DNA from: Nitrososphaerota archaeon
GTDB taxonomy: Archaea > Thermoproteota > Nitrososphaeria_A > Caldarchaeales > Calditenuaceae
DNA length: 7,564 nucleotides
Assembly (NCBI GenBank): GCA_038741355.1
Contig: JAVYLC010000059.1
Coordinates: forward strand, 1-7,564
Direction of reading: 5' to 3'
A model generated the notes under the pieces. It saw nothing but the letters and a program-made list of their open reading frames with translations. It searched no databases and was not told where the DNA came from. Shown in pieces: positions 1-5,328 of the stretch. Numbering within the stretch: position 1 is the stretch's first letter; every line of letters starts with the position of its first letter. The position numbers were made by a program, and so were the translations under genes.

Positions 1-810
1 ATAGCTAAAACCTTCCGAGAACACGGAACAGTCTCGCTCGGGGCGCGTAAATACACAGAAGACTACTATGAATGGAAGCTGATTGTAAGGCTAGACCTCA
101 CAGACTGGGGATTCCTCATAGACTGCAAAAAGTATAGTAGAGTGCCCGAGTTCGTAAAAACCGACGAAGAGCTAAAGGCTTATCTGGCGATGATGATGGC
201 GTGCGAAGGATATATAACATGGGCAGCTGCCAACGAGAAAATAACACGCGAGGCGACAACGAAATTCCACGCTGTGGTTCTGGCCAACACGAACAGCGAA
301 CTGATAACATCGGTCGCCAACATACTAAGAAGGCGCGGCTATAATCTGTCAGTGGTCCCATACGCTGACGCTGGAAGCAAACACATTGACAGATACGGTC
401 GGGTGTATGTGACAAAGCTGACAGGCTACAGGGTATCTATTAGCAGCAAGGACGGGGTGCGAAGATTCCTAGAATGGCTGGGGCCTATACCACACCCTAC
501 GAAGGAGGCCTACAGGCTCTGGGCATTACGGCTGCTAAACGGGGCCAACGGCATGCCGGTAAGATGGGCTGTTGCCAAGCCCTTGAAAACCCGGCTGGAC
601 AGACTGAAGGAAATTTCCGCAGAAATGGGCAGGAGGCGCGCGAAGGCATACTTTGAAAAAGTCCAGGAAGAAATGAACACCGGCAAACGGATAGACAGGA
701 GACCATTAAAGGCCCAGACCGCCCCCTACAACCTAACAGCCCACTATGTCTATGAGCTCGTATCTATGAATATGGGTGATGGAGTGGACGTTATACTAGT
801 AATGAATTAA
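1..810 (+). CDS. LAGLIDADG-type (I-DmoI-like, two-domain) homing-endonuclease-like protein with a basic C-terminal extension of about 100 aa. The 5' end lies outside the window.
   Basis: Frame 1 is open from base 1, so the GTG at 142 in the ORF track is probably internal. The stop is TAA at 808-810. The segment EELKAYLAMMMACEGYIT aligns by eye with the second LAGLIDADG motif of I-DmoI (EQIAFIKGLYVAEGDKT, recalled from memory), with the acidic E retained. It is followed by the usual elements NTNSELITSVANILRRRGYNLSV and YRVSISSKDGVRRFLEWLG. The upstream YEWKLIVRLDLTDWGFL resembles the end of a first LAGLIDADG domain. Confidence 0.55.
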   Translation: MAKTFREHGTVSLGARKYTEDYYEWKLIVRLDLTDWGFLIDCKKYSRVPEFVKTDEELKAYLAMMMACEGYITWAAANEKITREATTKFHAVVLANTNSELITSVANILRRRGYNLSVVPYADAGSKHIDRYGRVYVTKLTGYRVSISSKDGVRRFLEWLGPIPHPTKEAYRLWALRLLNGANGMPVRWAVAKPLKTRLDRLKEISAEMGRRRAKAYFEKVQEEMNTGKRIDRRPLKAQTAPYNLTAHYVYELVSMNMGDGVDVILVMN

Positions 811-899
811 CAAGTGATGGAGCTTGTTGAAGGCCCTCGCACGGTACAGGGGTAGGATACGTGGACGTAGGCTAACATTAATCCCACACGAGGGTTAAT

Positions 900-917
900 A
901 CGGGTCTAAAGACCCGT
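900..917 (+). other. Perfect 7-bp stem with a 4-nt loop (ACGGGTC-TAAA-GACCCGT) in the intergenic region.
   Basis: The pairing 900-906 with 911-917 is read directly from the sequence. It lies about 90 nt downstream of the stop at 808-810. Its function is unknown; it could be a transcript 3'-end structure or part of a small RNA. Confidence 0.3.
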
Positions 918-937
918 CTAAGTCTTGGCAGTCAAAA

Positions 938-944
938 TTTATTT
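938..944 (+). promoter_or_regulatory. TATA-like box (TTTATTT, inside AAAATTTATTT).
   Basis: The box is centred about 30 nt upstream of the ATG at 971. This is the geometry of an archaeal leaderless promoter. Confidence 0.25.
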
Positions 945-970
945 CACGTCCCCAGTAAACAAAAGCGCTA

Positions 971-1096
971 ATGAGGTATACGGTTCAGGAAGGCCCTTTC
1001 GGCTTATACATTCAAACTTACGCATCATTCTTGGAAAACGTGGTGGAAGGGTTCAAGCTGGGCAAGCCAACACTTCTACACGTAAAGCTCCCCTAG
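971..1096 (+). CDS. Putative small protein of 41 aa (MRYTVQEGPFGLYIQTYASFLENVVEGFKLGKPTLLHVKLP). It may be the remnant of a longer gene.
   Basis: ATG start with a TATA-like box about 30 nt upstream. The composition looks non-repetitive and protein-like. The same frame stays open for a further 32 codons after the TAG at 1094-1096. I recognise no homolog. Confidence 0.2.
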   Translation: MRYTVQEGPFGLYIQTYASFLENVVEGFKLGKPTLLHVKLP

Positions 1097-1215
1097 GATG
1101 ACGGCACAAGCTACTTCTACTACTCCCACTACGGCGGAAGACCCCCCCTACACCCCATATACAATCTACTCAGAAAAACAGCGCCAAGCCTTTAACATTA
1201 TTCCGCTAATACTAG

Positions 1216-1231
1216 AAACAAAAGAAAAAAA
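1216..1231 (-). terminator. Oligo-T tract (TTTTTTTCTTTTGTTT on the minus strand).
   Basis: It starts 3 nt after the TGA stop (1235-1237) of the radical SAM gene. Oligo-T runs are the established archaeal intrinsic termination signal. Confidence 0.4.
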
Positions 1232-1234
1232 CTC

Positions 1235-2938
1235 TCAACTACTACAGCCACACGATGAGCCGCATCCTTCCTCCTTCCCCGAGCCGCCCTGAATTACCGG
1301 CACAGAACCTAGACCTCCGAAACCAGCAGTCTTAGTAGACGCCATAGGCACCGCCGTTTGTTTCGACGATAGCTTGCGCTTGTAGAAATCGTCAGACAGC
1401 CTCCTCCCCGTCCTCCTCTCCCACTCCTCAATAGAGACCCCATAAACCGCCTGAATCCTATCCCTATACCAAGCAGGAACAACATTAAACGAACAGAACG
1501 GAATAATCCTCATATCAGGAGTCAAGTAGTGTATATCACACCGTCTCAGGCGTTCCTCATCATGGTTATAACAGTCCATAAAATGCATCATACCCGCGAA
1601 GAGTGATTTTCTGTGCCAGTCTCCGACGGTTTTGTAGTCGTGTCGTACTATGATGTTGAATAGCATTCTTGTGAGGTTCATTCCTGCGGGTTCTTTTTCT
1701 TTTTTGATGTATTTTGAGATGTTTGCTAGTACTTTCATTCCTACCCAGATTCTGCTTCTGCCCATCTCGATCTCTTCGGCCTTCTCTTGTAGATACTTTA
1801 TGAGTCCCTCAACGTCTACGAATTCTGTTATTGGTATCATTCTATCGCCGCTCTTGAAGACGTAGGTGCCTGCTCCGCATGCGAAGTGTATGCTTAGCTC
1901 GTATTTTGGTGTCCTGGTTAGGGCTTCTATGAAGTTTGTTAGTGGTGTGCAGGCGGGTACGGGGAACCATGCGTCTCGCGGTATTTCACCGTTTGTCTGT
2001 TCCTCGATTCTGATTATGCAGTCTGGTATTGTGATCCGGTATTTTTCTCTCTCCTTCTTGGGCATTCTGCCGGTGAGGGAGACTGGCTGGAAGTTGACTG
2101 CTCTTACGACGTCGATGTTCTTGAATCCGAATCTGATGATGTCGCCTAGTTCGTGGTCGTTTACGCTCTTGATGACTGTGGGGACTAGAACTATGCCGAC
2201 GCCTAGCTTCCTTGCGTTTTCTAGGACGCCTGGGACTTCCCAGTGGTTCTTCGGATTTGTCCTAGGTGTGACGCCGTCGAAGCTCATGTAGAGGTTGCTG
2301 ACTCCGGCCTCTTTTAGTTTCTTGAAGTATTCGAAGTCGCGGGAGAGTCTTATTCCGTTGGTGTTGAGCTGGATGTGGTCTACGCCTACTTCTTTGAGGA
2401 TTTTTATGATTTCGGGGAGGTCGTCTCTGAGTGTTGGCTCGCCGCCTGTTATCTGGATGCTGTTGCCGGGGACTGGTCTTTCGGCTCTGAGGTTTAGGGC
2501 CATTTCTCTTATCTGGTCGAGTGTGGGCTCGTAGATGTAGCCGGCCTTTTCGGCGTAGAAGAAGCAGTACCAGCAGTGTAGGTCGCATCTGTTGGTTATG
2601 ACTAGGTTGGCTAAGCCTGTGTGGCTTAGGTGTGAGCTGCATAGCCCGCAGTTGTAGGGGCAGACGCTGCGGGCTGCCTCGACGTCGGGGTTCCCCGTGC
2701 CTTTGCCGTCCTTAAGCCAGCTCGCAAACTTGTAATAGATCTCCGCATCCCCGAAGTAGAGCTCGTCAAACTCCCCATGCTTGGGGCAGGTCTTTTTGAT
2801 GTATATCTTGCCGTTAATCTCTAGGACATCTGCTGGGAGGACCTGGTAGCACTCTGGGCAGATACTTCGCGTCCTAGTGACTAGCTTCTCCCCGACCTTC
2901 TCCTCCTCTTTTGGCCTCTCTTGAACTAGTGTCGCCAT
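1235..2938 (-). CDS. tes: Radical SAM enzyme of the MJ0619/COG1964 family, a probable tetraether lipid synthase (Tes / GDGT-MAS).
   Basis: N-terminal zinc-ribbon/rubredoxin-like motif C27-x2-C30...C51-x2-H54. Auxiliary-cluster motif C93PYNC97GLC100. Canonical radical SAM motif ITNRC118DLHC122WYC125. SAM-binding-like ITGGEP. Further conserved Cys in the C-terminal half (FACGAG, FMDCYNHD, RRCDIHY, PFCSFN). The length of about 570 aa and this architecture match the family containing M. jannaschii MJ0619 (GDGT-MAS) and Tes. The function is inferred from family membership only. Confidence 0.65.
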   Translation of the reverse strand: MATLVQERPKEEEKVGEKLVTRTRSICPECYQVLPADVLEINGKIYIKKTCPKHGEFDELYFGDAEIYYKFASWLKDGKGTGNPDVEAARSVCPYNCGLCSSHLSHTGLANLVITNRCDLHCWYCFFYAEKAGYIYEPTLDQIREMALNLRAERPVPGNSIQITGGEPTLRDDLPEIIKILKEVGVDHIQLNTNGIRLSRDFEYFKKLKEAGVSNLYMSFDGVTPRTNPKNHWEVPGVLENARKLGVGIVLVPTVIKSVNDHELGDIIRFGFKNIDVVRAVNFQPVSLTGRMPKKEREKYRITIPDCIIRIEEQTNGEIPRDAWFPVPACTPLTNFIEALTRTPKYELSIHFACGAGTYVFKSGDRMIPITEFVDVEGLIKYLQEKAEEIEMGRSRIWVGMKVLANISKYIKKEKEPAGMNLTRMLFNIIVRHDYKTVGDWHRKSLFAGMMHFMDCYNHDEERLRRCDIHYLTPDMRIIPFCSFNVVPAWYRDRIQAVYGVSIEEWERRTGRRLSDDFYKRKLSSKQTAVPMASTKTAGFGGLGSVPVIQGGSGKEEGCGSSCGCSS

Positions 2939-2968
2939 CTATCTTCAATTGCCTTCGCACGACTGGCC

Positions 2969-2975
2969 TATTTAA
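2969..2975 (-). promoter_or_regulatory. TATA-like box (TTAAATA on the minus strand) for the radical SAM gene.
   Basis: It is centred about 34 nt upstream of the ATG at 2938, which implies a very short 5' leader. Confidence 0.35.
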
Positions 2976-3020
2976 GACTTATCCGACCAAATTCACTGTA
3001 ACAAAGGTAGAATTGTGCAC

Positions 3021-3036
3021 AGATTAGTTTAGATTA
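3021..3036. promoter_or_regulatory. Direct repeat AGATTA-N4-AGATTA in the divergent promoter region. Candidate operator.
   Basis: The hexamers at 3021-3026 and 3031-3036 have a 10-bp periodicity (one helical turn). They lie between the two TATA-like boxes of the divergent genes. Confidence 0.2.
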
Positions 3037-3043
3037 ACAAATC

Positions 3044-3092
3044 ATAAATAGAGGCATCAAAGAAGAGATATCTGAAGTGTAATTAAGGAGGG
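3044..3092 (+). promoter_or_regulatory. TATA-like box (ATAAATA, 3044-3050) plus Shine-Dalgarno-like GGAGGG (3087-3092) for the HTH regulator gene.
   Basis: The TATA box is about 55 nt upstream of the ATG at 3103. GGAGGG lies 10 nt upstream of that ATG. This gene therefore appears to have a leader, unlike its neighbours. Confidence 0.35.
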
Positions 3093-3102
3093 TCTAGAGG
3101 GG

Positions 3103-3474
3103 ATGCTGCTTCCATCTGAGATCGAGGCGAGGGTTATGCTGCCGCTGCTAAGGGCAGCTGTAGTGACCCTCCTTATTAGGGATCATGGCTTTCAGCAGAG
3201 GCGGGTGGCCAAGGCGCTTGGAATAACCCAGCCGGCGGTCAGCAACTATATGAGGATGGCGCGTGGAAAGATGAGGGAGCTGTTGGAGAACATGACTATG
3301 CAGGAGGTTGCGGGAGGAATCGTCGATGCGATTTTACGCGGCGAGGATGATATGGTTGTGAGGGAGCTTATCCAGAAAGGGCTTGAGAGGCTTAGGAGGG
3401 AGAGGATCCTCTGCGTCGCCCACAAAACCCTCGAGCCAGTCCTAGACGTTAATACATGCCATATCTGTGATTGA
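3103..3474 (+). CDS. Small helix-turn-helix transcriptional regulator (archaeal COG2522-like, recalled from memory) with a C-terminal Cys/His motif.
   Basis: HTH signature RRVAKALGITQPAVSNYMRMARGK, preceded by the PSEIEARVMLPLLRAAVV helix. C-terminal motif C104-x2-H107-x11-C119-H-x-C122. ATG start with an SD, TGA stop. Confidence 0.7.
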   Translation: MLLPSEIEARVMLPLLRAAVVTLLIRDHGFQQRRVAKALGITQPAVSNYMRMARGKMRELLENMTMQEVAGGIVDAILRGEDDMVVRELIQKGLERLRRERILCVAHKTLEPVLDVNTCHICD

Positions 3475-3479
3475 AACGC

Positions 3480-3486
3480 TTAAAAG
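3480..3486 (+). promoter_or_regulatory. TATA-like box (TTAAAAG) upstream of the tandem-RAM gene.
   Basis: It is centred about 28 nt upstream of the GTG at 3511 (leaderless geometry). Alternatively the gene is co-transcribed with 3103..3474, since the gap is only 36 nt. Confidence 0.3.
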
Positions 3487-3510
3487 CATCTAAGACCGCC
3501 TCTATAGAAT

Positions 3511-4014
3511 GTGAAAGCTTTCATCTTGGGGTCCGTCGGTAAGAGGAGTGAGCTTATAGAGTGTCTTCAGGCTACTAGGAGGGCCCAGTTCGTGGAGGAG
3601 GCCTACCTCACCTTTGGGACGGCCGACATCATTGCTAAGGTGAAGGTTAACAATCTAGAGCAGATAAACTCGGTTCTTGACACGCTTTATCAGAACGGCA
3701 TCGTCGACACAAATACGCTCATCGTAAACGAGGCGGGCCTGAACTTCGAGAGGCAGCTCGACAAGCCTAAAAAGAAGTGCGCATACACTTTCATCAAGAT
3801 TAGGAGGCCGGCGGCGCCTAGGCTTTGGGACAGGTTTCTACAGGGTATCGAGTATGTTACTGAGGCGTATGAGATCTTCGGCATGTATGATGTGATTGTG
3901 GGTGTTAGTGAGGATGCTAGAGGCGATTTCTTCAACTCTTATTTCAGGAAGCTGTGGCTTCTCACGGAGATAAACATGAACTCCACTACGACCATGTTCA
4001 CTGTAGATATCTAG
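3511..4014 (+). CDS. Protein with two tandem Lrp/AsnC-type ligand-binding (RAM/ACT-like) domains and no DNA-binding domain.
   Basis: Two repeats of the beta-alpha-beta-beta-alpha-beta RAM pattern are visible. Residues 1-76 are KAFILGSV...VEEAYLTFGTADIIAKVKVNNLEQINSVL...GIVDTNTLIV. Residues 87-165 are CAYTFIKI...VTEAYEIFGMYDVIVGVSEDARGDFFNSYF...INMNSTTTMF. There is no HTH. GTG start, TAG stop. Confidence 0.7.
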   Translation: MKAFILGSVGKRSELIECLQATRRAQFVEEAYLTFGTADIIAKVKVNNLEQINSVLDTLYQNGIVDTNTLIVNEAGLNFERQLDKPKKKCAYTFIKIRRPAAPRLWDRFLQGIEYVTEAYEIFGMYDVIVGVSEDARGDFFNSYFRKLWLLTEINMNSTTTMFTVDI

Positions 4015-5249
4015 GCCTTGAAGTGTTTCAGAGCCTGCCTTAGGCCCTCTGCTAGAAGCTGGACCTCCTCTTTCGTGTTGTATATGTAGAAGCTGGCCCG
4101 CGTGGTTGCTGCAAGGCCTAGCTTTGTGTGGAGGGGCATAGCGCAGTGGTGCCCCGCTCTGACCGCTATATTGAACGACTTGTCAAGATACTCTGCCAAG
4201 TCGTGGGGGTGGATATCGCTTAGCAGAAAGGAGACTAGGCCGCATCGGTCCTTCACGGACTCCGGCCCAATAACTCTGAGCCGAGGAATCTCTGAGAATT
4301 CTTGGAGGGCTGTCTGCGTCAGCTCCTCTTCATGTCTTCTTACCCATTGAATACCTATCTCACTGAGGTATTCCACGGCCGCGCCTAGACCCACTACATC
4401 AGCTACGCTGGGTGTACCTGCCTCGAATTTCCAAGGTATCTCGTTCCACCTCGATCCACTCAAAGTGACCTCGCTGATCATCTCACCGCCCCCCATGAAG
4501 GGCTCAATAGACTCGAGCATTTCTTCACGGGCGACGAGGCAGCCTACGCCCATGGGCCCCAACATCTTGTGCCCCGAGAAGGCTAGGAAGTCGCATCCAA
4601 TCTCCCTGAAGCTGACAGGCATGTGCGGGACGCTCTGAGCCGCATCAACAAGCACCGCTGCCCCATACTCCTTCGCAGTCTTAGTAATCTCCTTAACTGG
4701 GTTAATAGTTCCGAGGACGTTCGATGCGTGGACTATGGCCAGCATGTCAGCATCCCTCAAGAATTTGTCGAGGGAGCTTAGGTCCAAGTAGCCGTCCATC
4801 GTGATAGGTATTGCCTCGATTTTAAAGCCCTTAATCCCTGCGACCAGCTGCCACGGAACTATGTTGCTGTGATGCTCCATCTCTGTGATAACTATCTTAC
4901 CGCCTCTCTTGATCTTGTGGAGGGCGTACGAGTATGCGACCAGGTTTATCGCCTCTGTGGTATTCCTGGTGAAGACGACCTCGCGCCAACTATTCGCATC
5001 CACGAAGTTTGCTATCTTCCTTCTCACACCCTCGTAGAGCTCGGTCGCCTCTATCGAGATGCCGTAAACACCCCTGTGGACATTCGCATTAGTGTTGGAA
5101 TAGTAAAGCACAATAGCATTCAATACTCGTCTGGGCTTCTGCGTCGTCGCTGCATTATCTAGATAGACTAGGGGCTTGGAGCCCCTCATTTTAGAGAAAA
5201 TAGGAAAGTCTTCCCTAATCCTGTAGGGTGACCTAGACGCGGCCTCCAT
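4011..5249 (-). CDS. sufS: Cysteine desulfurase, group II (SufS/CsdA-type PLP-dependent aminotransferase class V).
   Basis: Diagnostic motifs are HHSNIVPWQ, the PLP-lysine motif SGHKMLGPMGVG, and the catalytic-Cys loop RAGHHCAMPL. I prefer the ATG at 5249 over the ORF-track TTG at 5267, because the TATA-like box at 5275-5282 sits about 29 nt upstream of that ATG (leaderless) and N-terminal conservation starts at about REDFPIF. Confidence 0.9.
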   Translation of the reverse strand: MEAASRSPYRIREDFPIFSKMRGSKPLVYLDNAATTQKPRRVLNAIVLYYSNTNANVHRGVYGISIEATELYEGVRRKIANFVDANSWREVVFTRNTTEAINLVAYSYALHKIKRGGKIVITEMEHHSNIVPWQLVAGIKGFKIEAIPITMDGYLDLSSLDKFLRDADMLAIVHASNVLGTINPVKEITKTAKEYGAAVLVDAAQSVPHMPVSFREIGCDFLAFSGHKMLGPMGVGCLVAREEMLESIEPFMGGGEMISEVTLSGSRWNEIPWKFEAGTPSVADVVGLGAAVEYLSEIGIQWVRRHEEELTQTALQEFSEIPRLRVIGPESVKDRCGLVSFLLSDIHPHDLAEYLDKSFNIAVRAGHHCAMPLHTKLGLAATTRASFYIYNTKEEVQLLAEGLRQALKHFKA

Positions 5250-5274
5250 GCCCAAACTATAAAGCAAATATGGC

Positions 5275-5282
5275 TAATATAA
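5275..5282 (-). promoter_or_regulatory. TATA-like box (TTATATTA on the minus strand) for sufS.
   Basis: It is centred about 29 nt upstream of the ATG at 5249. Confidence 0.4.
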
Positions 5283-5328
5283 CTCTGCGCATATCTCCCA
5301 CTTTGTAATATCTTCATCAAGAGTGGTG

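Noticed and set aside
116-706. ORF-track entries 116..415 (-), 474..656 (+) and 497..706 (-), which overlap the LAGLIDADG-like CDS.
   Set aside because: These are antisense or alternate-frame shadow ORFs inside a gene with recognisable family motifs. Their products are Cys/Arg/Pro-rich low-complexity sequence with no recognisable domains.
811-970. The idea that the LAGLIDADG-like gene is encoded in an rRNA intron, as I-DmoI is.
   Set aside because: The downstream flank does not resemble any conserved 16S/23S rRNA stretch I can recall. No bulge-helix-bulge junction is evident. The upstream junction is outside the window, so this rejection is only partial.
985-1028. Possible minus-strand C/D-box sRNA, with AUGAUGC (C-like, 1022-1028) and CUGA (D, 985-988) spanning about 44 nt.
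   Set aside because: The C box deviates at the last position. No internal D'/C' boxes are visible at the expected spacing, and there is no terminal stem complementarity. It also overlaps the small ORF.
1098-1292. 64-aa plus-strand ORF (MTAQATSTTPTTAEDPPYTPY...) overlapping the 3' end of the radical SAM gene.
   Set aside because: It is a low-complexity T/P-rich product that is partly antisense to the tes tail. It has no promoter-like element at a sensible distance and no recognisable motif.
1650-2642. ORF-track entries 1650..1865 (+), 1866..2291 (+), 2295..2534 (+) and 2262..2642 (-), all inside the radical SAM gene.
   Set aside because: The first three are antisense and the last is a same-strand alternate frame. 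They are shadow ORFs of a strongly supported 567-aa CDS. The 2262..2642 product is an R/P/Q-rich low-complexity string typical of out-of-frame translation.
3690-5162. ORF-track entries 3690..3935 (-), 4102..4350 (+) and 4869..5162 (+).
   Set aside because: These are antisense shadows of the tandem-RAM and sufS genes, with no motifs.
5250-5267. TTG start at 5267 for sufS, as given in the ORF track.
   Set aside because: The TATA-like box at 5275-5282 would be only about 10 nt upstream of it. The ATG at 5249 gives canonical leaderless spacing of about 29 nt, and the extra MLYSLG residues are not part of the conserved SufS N-terminus.
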